Below, piece by piece: positions 18,340-28,961 of a DNA stretch of 60,727 nucleotides. Every line of letters starts with the position of its first letter. The stretch's first letter is position 1. The notes under the pieces were generated by a model, which searched no databases, was not told the DNA's origin, and saw only the letters and a list, made by a program, of their open reading frames with translations. Position numbers and translations under genes: made by a program. The stretch is from contig CAZVWK010000003.1 in the NCBI GenBank assembly GCA_964631475.1, positions 1 to 60,727 on the forward strand, read 5' to 3'. The DNA is from an uncultured Elusimicrobiaceae bacterium. Lineage in GTDB: Bacteria; Elusimicrobiota; Elusimicrobia; Elusimicrobiales; UBA9959.

Positions 18340-19335
18340 ATGAAAAACAGGATTTTGGCGGCTATATTCGCGGGGGCGGCGCTGTTCTGGGCCGCGCCGG
18401 CCGCGGCCCAGCAGCTCTATATCTCCACCATGGTGGTGGGCGACGGCGGAGGAACCTACTGCAACAGCGGCGGTCTCGGAACGAACAGGTCCTTCTTCAC
18501 CGGCCTCACCGGCGATCCCTGGACCGATTCCGCGCTCATCGAGTTCGAGCGCCCCAGGGCCTCCTACCCAGGCGCCTGCCTGGCCCTCTGCGTGCAGATA
18601 CAGTGCGTAGTGCCCAGCACCCCCACCACTTTCGGCATAGACGAGCTCTCTTTCGAGATCTTCAAGTTCGGCCCCGGCGGCAATCCCCTGGACCCCGCCT
18701 CGACCCCGCCGATACGCACCATCAACATGTACAATATCGGCACCTGTTCGCAGACTAGCGGGACCCCCGCTGCAATGACCATTGCTAACACGAGTACGGG
18801 AGGAAATTATTTCTGCGGAGCCTGGGACGGTATGTATAATATCAACGGCATGTTCGGCAAGACCAACGGCCAGTACGGTTTCCGGGCCACGGTCAAGACC
18901 AACCAGGTCAGCCAGACGGCCGGAAACATCTCGATACAGCAGACCGCGGCCTACCCGGGCCAGAACCAGATTCCCATACAGGTCAATGTCACCAATATAC
19001 ACGCGGTGCGCTCCAGCCCCACCGTGGTGGGACGGATAACCGGAGTAGCGGCTCAGCCCTACAATATCCTTTACCGTCTCTCCAAGGACGCCACCACTAC
19101 CATAAGGATATACGCCGCCAATGACGGCAATCTCCCCCTAGTCCGTACCCTGGTGAACAGTTTGCCGAGGGTCGGGGAGGGCGTGCCCGACGGCACGCTC
19201 ACCAACGGCGACTTCTGGGACGGCCGCGACAATAACGGGCGCATGCTGCCCTCGGGGGTCTACCTGGCGCAGATAGACGCCGAGTCCAACGACATGTGGG
19301 CCGGGACCTGGCCCGGCCCGCCACGGTGCAGATAG
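18340..19335 (+). CDS. FlgD-Ig-repeat surface protein, N-terminal segment (signal peptide; interrupted)
   Basis: Signal peptide MKNRILAAIFAGAALFWAAPAAAQQ. It ends inside a FlgD-Ig-type repeat (GDFWDGRDNNGRMLPSGVYLAQIDAES), and the downstream frame continues that same domain. Confidence 0.7.
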   Translation: MKNRILAAIFAGAALFWAAPAAAQQLYISTMVVGDGGGTYCNSGGLGTNRSFFTGLTGDPWTDSALIEFERPRASYPGACLALCVQIQCVVPSTPTTFGIDELSFEIFKFGPGGNPLDPASTPPIRTINMYNIGTCSQTSGTPAAMTIANTSTGGNYFCGAWDGMYNINGMFGKTNGQYGFRATVKTNQVSQTAGNISIQQTAAYPGQNQIPIQVNVTNIHAVRSSPTVVGRITGVAAQPYNILYRLSKDATTTIRIYAANDGNLPLVRTLVNSLPRVGEGVPDGTLTNGDFWDGRDNNGRMLPSGVYLAQIDAESNDMWAGTWPGPPRCR

Positions 19336-21452
19336 GCCTGGACCCGCTTCAGATAACCGACGTGGCCATAAAGCCGCTCGGCTCTTCGTCCACCGACATG
19401 GCCACTATCAGTTACATGCTGACCGAAGCCGCCACGGTATATGTGGGCATCTACTCGCCTGGCACCAGCTTCACGAACATAAACGCCTCCCCGCCCGTCA
19501 TATCGTCCGGCCAGCTCCTACGGCTGATAACCGAGCAGAAGGACAGGCGCACTACCGTGTCCACGCTCTGGGACGGTCGCGACTCCAACGGCAGCCCCGT
19601 CTGCGACGGGGATTATGTCTACGCGATCTGGGCCGAGCTGCCTTCCGGGGCTTGGACGGTCAGGACCAGCAGGACCATGGTGGGTATGGTGCCGGTGGCC
19701 AGGGGCCTGCCGCTGAACCTGATGACCCCCTCGTCCACCGTCATAGGCTCCAGCCCTACCGCGGCCGGACTGGACCCCTTCTATTTCCGCTACACGCCGC
19801 AGCGCGACGCCCTAGTGAACCTCACCATCAAGGAGATGAACGGCTCCGCCGTCGTCCGACGGGTGGTGCAGAACGAAGTGCGCTACGCCAACTTCTCCAA
19901 CCGCGACGTCTGGGACGGCAAGAACGACAGCGGCAACTATGTCTCCAGCGGCACCTACCTGGCGGAGCTGGCCACCACCGACCCGCTGCTCTGCTCCGCG
20001 CTCAAGACCTCCACTTTCACCGCTATAATACCGGTCAATATATTCCGCATCGTGGACGTGCGCAGCACCGCGCTGCTGGGCGGCTCCACCGCCCAGGCCT
20101 CGGTCAGCTTCGAGCTGTCCAAGACCATGTGGATCGACCTGAAAATCTATCCCGCCGGCACCACCGTGGCCGCCAACGCGTGGCCCTGGGAGACCGGCAT
20201 GCCTTCGACGGTCTACAGAGTGTCCGGCGTCAGGCCCGGCCGCTTCCGCATAACCGAGTACTGGGACGGCCGCGATTCCGACGGCTACCTGGTGCCCGAC
20301 GGCCGCTACCCGTTCACGCTGACGGCCAAGAGCAGCGGCACGGCCGGCGCCCAGATGATGTACGCGACCGACAAGGTCAGCGGCTATATAGACGTGACGC
20401 GCGGCCAGATCATCTTCTCCGGCTTCGACGTCATACCTACGATCCCCACGATGTACAACTCCAGCGACGTGGTCAAGCTGCCCCCCTACGAGATCACCTA
20501 CGCGCTCAACCGCCAGAGCTCGGTCACCGTCCAGGTCCTGAATGCTGTAAACTCCACGGAAGTGAAGGCCAACATCGTGAGCGGCGGCATACGCGACGGC
20601 GATATAATCTACCGGGAGTACTGGGACGGCAAGGACGACAAGGGGAATTACGTGAAGGGCCCCCATAACGTGCGCATTATCGCCGAGGACCTGCAGGCGC
20701 AACTCACCTCGCGCGCCACGGCGCAGATGACGGTAGACGTGTTCCCGCTGCGCATCTACGACGTCTCCATCGTGCCGTTGACGGCGGACAACCCGGCCAT
20801 GATCTCCTACCAGGTCTCGGAAGCCATGAAGGTGGCGACCAAGATTTACAAGCCGGGCACCAGCCGCGCGGGCGTGGCCGATCCGGGCGCGGAGTCCCCC
20901 GACACCCTGGTCAAGCGGATAATCGGCGTGCGGCCGGCCCGCACGCAGATAACCGAATACTGGGACGGCACGGACCTGACGCTCTCAAAAGTCCCGGACG
21001 GCACCTATGTCTTCCAGATATACGGCTCCACGGATACTTCGAACATCAACACACTGGACGGCCTGATATCGAACATCGGCGTCCTGGCCGACGACGTGGT
21101 GACGGCCAATATCCCGCTGACCAAGGGGGGGGTGGCCGACCTCTGCGGCCAGTTCAATAGCGGCTCATACTTCCGCCCAAACCCCTACACCGGGACTTCG
21201 GGCAGGTTCAGGCTCTGGTCGCCGATAAGCGGGACCATGAGCCTGCGGCTCTACAACCTCGCCGGCGACCTAGTTTACAAGTACGACTTCGGCGCCCAGC
21301 AGGGCGACAACGAGGTCCTGCATCCCTGGGCGCGCGTGAACACGGCCGGCCGGACAGTGGCGCAGGGCGTCTACCTGGCCGTCCTGCGCTTCGAAGCCAC
21401 GCAGGGCACCAGGGAAGTGTGCCAGACCGTGAAGAAGATACTGATACCCTGA
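19296..21452 (+). CDS. FlgD-Ig-repeat surface protein, C-terminal segment with a T9SS-type/FlgD-Ig C-terminal domain
   Basis: No signal peptide. At least five repeats carry the motif WDG(R/K)D-x-x-G-x(5-7)-G-x-Y. The last 90 aa (FRPNPYTG...MSLRLYNLAGDLVY...GVYLAVLRFEA...VKKILIP) have the pattern of Por-secretion-tail / FlgD_ig C-terminal domains. Confidence 0.75.
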   Translation: MGRDLARPATVQIGLDPLQITDVAIKPLGSSSTDMATISYMLTEAATVYVGIYSPGTSFTNINASPPVISSGQLLRLITEQKDRRTTVSTLWDGRDSNGSPVCDGDYVYAIWAELPSGAWTVRTSRTMVGMVPVARGLPLNLMTPSSTVIGSSPTAAGLDPFYFRYTPQRDALVNLTIKEMNGSAVVRRVVQNEVRYANFSNRDVWDGKNDSGNYVSSGTYLAELATTDPLLCSALKTSTFTAIIPVNIFRIVDVRSTALLGGSTAQASVSFELSKTMWIDLKIYPAGTTVAANAWPWETGMPSTVYRVSGVRPGRFRITEYWDGRDSDGYLVPDGRYPFTLTAKSSGTAGAQMMYATDKVSGYIDVTRGQIIFSGFDVIPTIPTMYNSSDVVKLPPYEITYALNRQSSVTVQVLNAVNSTEVKANIVSGGIRDGDIIYREYWDGKDDKGNYVKGPHNVRIIAEDLQAQLTSRATAQMTVDVFPLRIYDVSIVPLTADNPAMISYQVSEAMKVATKIYKPGTSRAGVADPGAESPDTLVKRIIGVRPARTQITEYWDGTDLTLSKVPDGTYVFQIYGSTDTSNINTLDGLISNIGVLADDVVTANIPLTKGGVADLCGQFNSGSYFRPNPYTGTSGRFRLWSPISGTMSLRLYNLAGDLVYKYDFGAQQGDNEVLHPWARVNTAGRTVAQGVYLAVLRFEATQGTREVCQTVKKILIP

Positions 21453-21459
21453 GGCGACC

Positions 21460-22473
21460 GTGAACGGGAGAAAGGCGGAATTTATGAATAACTTTATGGG
21501 TCCGAATGCGCGGCTTGCGGCGGTCCTGGCGGCGGCGCTCTGCTGCCCCGCGGCCCCGCTCGAAGCCGCGGACGGGAGCGCCGGCACCTACGGGGCCGTG
21601 TTCATGAAGATACCGACGGGCTCTCCCAGGGCGCAGGCCCTGGGCAACTCCGGCGCGGCGCTGGTGGAGGGTTCCGAGGCGCTCAACATAAACCCGGCCG
21701 GCATAGCCACCTCGCAGCTGCGCGAGTTCAGTTTCTCCTACCTGGGCTGGTTCGGCGGGTACGGCGGACAGTACATGGCCTATATCCACCCGATAGGGCA
21801 GTCCGTGCTCGGCCTCAACGCGGCCTATTACAGCATCGAGGACTTCGACGTACGCGATTCGGCCGGCATCCCCCAGTACTCCACCGACGTCCGGGTGCGC
21901 AACGCCTACGCCACCCTCGCCCTGGCCAAGTCCTTCTTCCTGGAGCGCTTCTCGCTCGGGGCTTCCGTCAAGAGCGTCCTGGAGGACAACCACAGCGTCT
22001 CCTACCGGAATTACGTCTTCGACCTCGGGGCCTCGCTCAGGCTGGGCCGCAGGCTTTCCCTGGGCTGGAGCGGCCAGAACTATTCCGGCCGCGACCAGGA
22101 GGTGGTGCAGATACGCCGGCTGGGCGCGGTATTCTCGCCCAGCCCTTTCTTCACCTTCCTGCTCGAGAACAAGAAGTACAGCGACCGGGGCGATTCCGCC
22201 CTGGGCGGCGGCCTCGAGTTCAGCATCCCCGAGGAGGTCCTGCAGGTGGGCAAGGTCTCCTTCCGGGCCGGCTATACCGACACCAGCGACTTCGGCAAGA
22301 GCTACGACGAGTTACTGGACCGCTTCGGCCTGACCGAAGCCAGCGGCTGGAGCTTCGGCATAGGCATCTACACCGCCCAGTCGCTGGGCTACGGCGTGGG
22401 CATCGACTACGCCCTGGTCCCCTACGGCGCCCTGGGCAAGGCCAGCCAGATTTCGGTCAAGATGCAGTTCTAG
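21460..22473 (+). CDS. PorV/PorQ-family outer-membrane beta-barrel
   Basis: Signal peptide, then GAVFMKIPTGSPRAQALGNSGAALVEGSEALNINPAGIA, the characteristic N-terminal motif of this family. Alternating beta strands follow and it ends in an aromatic residue (VKMQF). It starts 7 nt after the cargo gene. Confidence 0.7.
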   Translation: MNGRKAEFMNNFMGPNARLAAVLAAALCCPAAPLEAADGSAGTYGAVFMKIPTGSPRAQALGNSGAALVEGSEALNINPAGIATSQLREFSFSYLGWFGGYGGQYMAYIHPIGQSVLGLNAAYYSIEDFDVRDSAGIPQYSTDVRVRNAYATLALAKSFFLERFSLGASVKSVLEDNHSVSYRNYVFDLGASLRLGRRLSLGWSGQNYSGRDQEVVQIRRLGAVFSPSPFFTFLLENKKYSDRGDSALGGGLEFSIPEEVLQVGKVSFRAGYTDTSDFGKSYDELLDRFGLTEASGWSFGIGIYTAQSLGYGVGIDYALVPYGALGKASQISVKMQF

Positions 22474-22476
22474 CCT

Positions 22477-22716
22477 ATGGCCGGGCCGCGCCTGAAGCTG
22501 TGCGTCCTGGGCCGCCCGGGCGGTATGCCGGGGGGGGCGGCCGGTCGACGGCGCGGACGCCGGCGGCTCGGTCAGACCGCGGTCGAATATATCCTGGTCA
22601 CCACCGCCCTCCTGATCGCTTTCGTGATGATATACAGGGTCATGCAGTGGTACCTGACGGCGCAGTTCAGGGACGGGGGCATGGTGATAATGCGCAAATA
22701 CGAGGCCTTGCCCTGA
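22477..22716 (+). CDS. Flp-type prepilin with a long Arg-rich leader
   Basis: RRRLG|QTAVEYILVTTALLIAFV fits the Flp/TadE G/xxxxEY processing motif plus a hydrophobic helix. The start is uncertain (ATG 22477 or the internal Met at 22525). Confidence 0.55.
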   Translation: MAGPRLKLCVLGRPGGMPGGAAGRRRGRRRLGQTAVEYILVTTALLIAFVMIYRVMQWYLTAQFRDGGMVIMRKYEALP

Positions 22717-22787
22717 GCCGGACCGGGGCGGACGCCGGCCCCAAATAATATATAATTCCCAAGACAGACTCTGCGGAGGTTTCAATA

Positions 22788-22976
22788 ATGAAACTGCTTA
22801 AGAACAGGAAAGGTCAGAATACGGTGGAATACCTGCTGATGCTCGCGGTCGTGGTCGGCGTGGTGCTAATCGCCGGTATGGCGCTCAAGAACTACATGCC
22901 CGGTCTCTTCCAGAGCATACAGGGCATGATCAGCGGCGCGGCCAGCTCGCTGGGCGCCAGCGGCGGCAACCGCTGA
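22788..22976 (+). CDS. flp: Flp family type IVb pilin
   Basis: 62 aa. MKLLKNRKG|QNTVEYLLMLAVVVGVVLIAG is a textbook Flp leader, cleavage motif and hydrophobic core. GGAGG lies 9 nt upstream. Confidence 0.85.
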   Translation: MKLLKNRKGQNTVEYLLMLAVVVGVVLIAGMALKNYMPGLFQSIQGMISGAASSLGASGGNR

Positions 22977-23004
22977 AGACGAAGCGGACGGAGCCGGACG
23001 CCGC

Positions 23005-23042
23005 CGTTCCCGGCCGCCCCCCCGAGGGTGCGGCCGGGAACG
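23005..23042 (+). terminator. Strong hairpin after the flp gene (partial terminator or stabiliser candidate)
   Basis: Perfect 13-bp stem cgttcccggccgc (23005-23017) / gcggccgggaacg (23030-23042) with a 12-nt loop, 29 nt after the flp stop. No U-tract follows. Confidence 0.45.
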
Positions 23043-23074
23043 GACGTTACGGCGGGCCGGCGCTAGGAGCGGCG

Positions 23075-23566
23075 ATGGAGCGGGGCGAACGCAGGAGGGG
23101 ACAGGTCACGGTGGAGCTTCTGCTGGTGCTCCCCGTGTTCATGCTGATGCTCTTCCTAATAATGGAGCTCGGCAACCTGGCCTTCCAGACCATCCTCGCC
23201 CATCACAGCACCTACGAACTGGCGCGCATCGGTTCGCTGGTGGCCGGCCCCAGGGGAGGGGAGCTTTCCAACAACTGCGACAAGGGCAAGGCCGAGATAA
23301 AGATGCGCGAAGTGCTCTGCGATATGTTCACCAACTGCAACAACATGAGCGTTACGGCTGAATGCGTCTGGACCGGCCGGGACAGGCAGGTGCAGGACAC
23401 GGGCCTGCGGCACGACAACCACGACCTGCAGGTAACCCTGCTCTACCCGGCCAGGCTGGTATTCCCGGGCGCCAATTACATACTGTCCGACCCGCCCAGG
23501 CAGAAGCATTCCAAGGAAATAAAGGTGGTGTTGCGGATGCCCGTGGAGAAGCCGTTCCTGCAGTAG
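23075..23566 (+). CDS. tadE: TadE-like pseudopilin
   Basis: RRRGQVTVELLLVLPVFMLMLFLIMELGNLAF is a TadE-family N-terminus. 163 aa. Confidence 0.8.
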   Translation: MERGERRRGQVTVELLLVLPVFMLMLFLIMELGNLAFQTILAHHSTYELARIGSLVAGPRGGELSNNCDKGKAEIKMREVLCDMFTNCNNMSVTAECVWTGRDRQVQDTGLRHDNHDLQVTLLYPARLVFPGANYILSDPPRQKHSKEIKVVLRMPVEKPFLQ

Positions 23567-23638
23567 CAGCGATTTAACAGTAATTTAACAACCCTGTAAC
23601 CCGGGGCCGGTAAACTATAAGCCAGAGGTGCTCTGTCT

Positions 23639-24394
23639 ATGGAAAAGAAAGGATTCCTTCTCCCGCTGCTGCTTGCGCTGGGCGCGGCCATGATCTACTG
23701 GTGGATACTCTCCCAGAAGGAGAAGAACCTCGCCAAGGCCTACGAGATCGGGCAGGTGCTGGTCGCCCGGTTTGACCTGCCGGCCCGCACGGTCATCAAG
23801 GAGGACCTCGTCGAGGTCATCCAGATCCCGCGCAAGTACATGCAGCAGGACGTCTACGAGGTCCGCAGCCCCTCGGACATCAAGCACGTCGCCAATCTCG
23901 TGACCGCGGTCCGCATCCCCAAGGGCAACCAGGTCACCCAGAGCGCGCTGGTCTCCCTGAGCCCCGAGGCGGGCCTCAGCGTGAAAGTGCCTCCCGGCTA
24001 CCGCGGTTGCATCCTGCCGCTGGAGAACGAACTGCTCAGACTGGTCAAGCCCGGCGACCGCGTGGACGTGCTGGTCACTTTCGACGCCGTCATGGGCGAC
24101 AGCCGTAAGGAGAAGGTCACGGCCACGATCCTGCAGAACGTGCTGGTCCTGGGCGTCGGCACCAACCTCGGCCAGGGCATGTCCGCCGGCATGGCCAAGG
24201 ACAAAGCGGGCAAAGAGGCCGCCGACCAGGCCTTCTCCGACAAGGGCGTACTGAGCCTGGCCCTCAACCCCAACGAGGCGCAGTATCTCTCGCTCTCCGC
24301 CAAAACCGGCGAGGTGTCCGTGATAGTCCGAGGCCTCGGCGACATAGAACTGCATCCGATGGAGATAGCCAGCTTCAGGAAACTGATAAGGTGA
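23639..24394 (+). CDS. cpaB: Flp pilus assembly protein CpaB/RcpC
   Basis: N-terminal TM segment, a SAF-like segment (VLVARFDLPARTVIKEDL) and an RcpC-like beta part (VDVLVTFD...ILQNVLVLGVG). The position between tadE and the secretin is canonical. Confidence 0.85.
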   Translation: MEKKGFLLPLLLALGAAMIYWWILSQKEKNLAKAYEIGQVLVARFDLPARTVIKEDLVEVIQIPRKYMQQDVYEVRSPSDIKHVANLVTAVRIPKGNQVTQSALVSLSPEAGLSVKVPPGYRGCILPLENELLRLVKPGDRVDVLVTFDAVMGDSRKEKVTATILQNVLVLGVGTNLGQGMSAGMAKDKAGKEAADQAFSDKGVLSLALNPNEAQYLSLSAKTGEVSVIVRGLGDIELHPMEIASFRKLIR

Positions 24395-24416
24395 GCCCGT
24401 CCACGGGAGGATTTGG

Positions 24417-25142
24417 ATGAAAAGAATAATGCTGGCCCCCGCCCTCGCCGCCCTCCTGGCGTCGCCGGCGCAGGCCCAGAAGACCCAGATGGTGGCCGTC
24501 AGCGCCGACATCGTGGAGATAAGCGGCTCGATACAGAAGACGCGCGGCTTCTCCTGGAACCAGCTCTTCGAATTCGGGGAAAAGTCGGTCCCCGGGATAA
24601 TACGGCTGGGCGAGTTCGAACGCAAGACGCAGCTGAGCACCTCGCTCAAGCTCCTCGAGACCGAGGGCAAGGCCCAGCTGCTTTCCAACCCCAAGGTCAT
24701 AGCCAAGAGCGGCTCGCAGGCCAACTTCACGGTCGGCGGCGAAGTCCCCGTCCCCTATTCCAACAACCAGGGAGTCGGCGCGGAGTTCAAGAAGCACGGC
24801 GTCATCCTGCAGGTGCTGCCGGTGGTGCTGGCGGAGAAGAAGGACACCGTCGACGTGCAGATCGCGCTGGAGGTCTCCAACCCCGACTATTCCAAGCCGG
24901 TGGTCGTGGGCGGCACCACCATCCCGTCGATGATAACTAGGCAGGTGCAGACCGAGGTGGAGCTCAAGAGCGGCGAAACCCTGGTCATAGGCGGCCTCAA
25001 GAAGAGCAGCCGCAACGTTTCCAAGAACCGCGTGCCGATACTGGGCCATATCCCGCTGATCGGCAAGCTTTTTAGCTCTACGGACATAGTGGAGGACCAG
25101 AGCTCCCTGTTCCTCTTCGTGACTTTCGAGATAATAAAGTAG
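24417..25142 (+). CDS. cpaC: Secretin (CpaC/RcpA type), unusually short
   Basis: Signal peptide and a secretin C-domain (LLSNPKVIAKSGSQANFTVGGEVPVP, GVILQVLPVV, VELKSGETLVIGGL, VPILGHIPLIGKLF). It is only 241 aa in total, with about 70 aa before the secretin domain. Confidence 0.85.
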   Translation: MKRIMLAPALAALLASPAQAQKTQMVAVSADIVEISGSIQKTRGFSWNQLFEFGEKSVPGIIRLGEFERKTQLSTSLKLLETEGKAQLLSNPKVIAKSGSQANFTVGGEVPVPYSNNQGVGAEFKKHGVILQVLPVVLAEKKDTVDVQIALEVSNPDYSKPVVVGGTTIPSMITRQVQTEVELKSGETLVIGGLKKSSRNVSKNRVPILGHIPLIGKLFSSTDIVEDQSSLFLFVTFEIIK

Positions 25143-25155
25143 CGAGGCTGCAAGG

Positions 25156-27393
<2,238 letters not shown>

Positions 27394-27403
27394 GGGCGGT
27401 CTT

Positions 27404-28948
27404 ATGAGGAAAGCCGCCGCCGCCGCCCTTTTCCTGCTGGTCCTCGCCGTTCCCCGGGCGGAGGCCTCCGTCTTCACGCGCGCGGAGATGGACGAGATAA
27501 GCTGCGCCGCCCTCAAGCTGCAGCTCTTCTATTACTACTTGGCCCCGGACAGGGAGCAGAAGATCCTAGACTACTCCTTCAAGTGCCGCGGCCGCGACAT
27601 ACGGCTGAAGATGCCGCAGTGGATGATAGATTCCGTCCAGGGCATGGCGGCCAAGCCCGCCTGGCGCGACCCCGAGGAGGGCGAGATAAGCGAGGCGGCC
27701 CTCTGGCAGGCCTCGGTCTCCATCCTCTACGAGTTCATGGAGATAAGCCGCAAGACCTTCCCGCCCGACCAGGGCGGGGCCTCCATCGCGCCGGCGCTGC
27801 TGGTGAAGGAATATTCCGACATGCGCATCCGGTTCCAGATGTCCCTGGACCGGCTCTACCGCGCCCGGCTGGGCGATTCCATGGAGGGGCGCGGGCGCGG
27901 CATGCTGGCGACCCTCTCCCTGATACTAAAGGAGATGGAGAGCATCGCCGACGCCATCTCCAGTTCCGACTCCAAGGCCTACGCCGCTGCGGTGACCGCC
28001 TCCTCGGTCCTGGCGCAGGACGCCTTCTTCCAGGTCTTCGAGCCGCCCCGCAAGTACGAGCCGCCCCGCCAAGCTTCGCGGTACGACAACCTAGTTACCG
28101 TGGCGGCCACGGTCCTCGGCGTCATACTGGTCTTCGCGGCGGTCCGCCTCTTCTTCATGCTCAACGAGAAAGAGACGGAGAAGATGACCGCGGATTACAT
28201 GGGCCGCGTCAACAGGTGGACCGACGACTTCTCGCGCCAGTTCATGACGGTCAAGGTGCACTACCTGGTCTTCCTGCCGGCGGGCTTCTTCGCGCTGTTG
28301 GGACTGCTGACCTTCAACCTGCTGATGTTCCTGCTGCTGAGCGCCTTCGGCATCTACGTCGGCATGAAGATGCCCGGCATCGTGCTGAAGTCCATGAAGC
28401 AGAGCCGCGGCAAGAAGATCGACACGCAGCTGATGGACGCGCTGATCCTGCTCTCCAACTGCCTCCGTTCGGGCCTGGACGTGGTCCAAGGCTTCGAAAT
28501 GGTCTCCAAGGATCTGCTGCCGCCCATCTCGGACGAGTTCGGCCTGGTCATAAAGAACTACCAGCTCGGCATGCCCTTCGAGAAGGCGCTGGGCGTCATG
28601 GAGGAGCGCGTCGAGTCAAAACTGCTCTCCTACATGATACGCGCCATCGTCCTGCAGCGCCAGATGGGCGGCAACCTGACCAAGGTCTTCGAGCGCATCG
28701 TGGTGGACATCCGCGAGGAGTCCAAGCTGGAGGAGAAGACCAAGGCGATGACGGCCCAGCAGAAGATACAGTCCATAGTCGTGGGCATCATGCCGTGGAT
28801 CATGGTCTCGGTCATGTTCATGTTCCAGCCGGACACGATGATGAAATTCTACGGGACGCCGCTCGGCATGTTCGTTTTCGTCGGCTGCGCCATCTGGATA
28901 AGCATAGGGATGAAGGTCGTTTCCAGCCTGGGTAAGATCCGGGTCTAG
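27404..28948 (+). CDS. tadB: TadB (T2SS-F family) with an N-terminal extension of about 250 aa
   Basis: The C-terminal 250 aa are T2SSF-like (LILLSNCLRSGLDVVQGFEMV, AIVLQRQMGGNL, flanking TM segments). The N-terminal part has a signal-like start MRKAAAAALFLLVLAVPRAEA and no family I recognise. Confidence 0.85.
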   Translation: MRKAAAAALFLLVLAVPRAEASVFTRAEMDEISCAALKLQLFYYYLAPDREQKILDYSFKCRGRDIRLKMPQWMIDSVQGMAAKPAWRDPEEGEISEAALWQASVSILYEFMEISRKTFPPDQGGASIAPALLVKEYSDMRIRFQMSLDRLYRARLGDSMEGRGRGMLATLSLILKEMESIADAISSSDSKAYAAAVTASSVLAQDAFFQVFEPPRKYEPPRQASRYDNLVTVAATVLGVILVFAAVRLFFMLNEKETEKMTADYMGRVNRWTDDFSRQFMTVKVHYLVFLPAGFFALLGLLTFNLLMFLLLSAFGIYVGMKMPGIVLKSMKQSRGKKIDTQLMDALILLSNCLRSGLDVVQGFEMVSKDLLPPISDEFGLVIKNYQLGMPFEKALGVMEERVESKLLSYMIRAIVLQRQMGGNLTKVFERIVVDIREESKLEEKTKAMTAQQKIQSIVVGIMPWIMVSVMFMFQPDTMMKFYGTPLGMFVFVGCAIWISIGMKVVSSLGKIRV

Positions 28949-28961
28949 CGGGACACGCGAT

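Noticed and set aside
19296-19335. Programmed -1 ribosomal frameshift joining the two halves of the FlgD-Ig cargo gene.
   Set aside because: I could not find an X-XXY-YYZ slippery heptamer or an obvious downstream pseudoknot in the 40-nt overlap. An indel in one of the G/C runs is the simpler explanation. The case is kept as a finding, but not as recoding.
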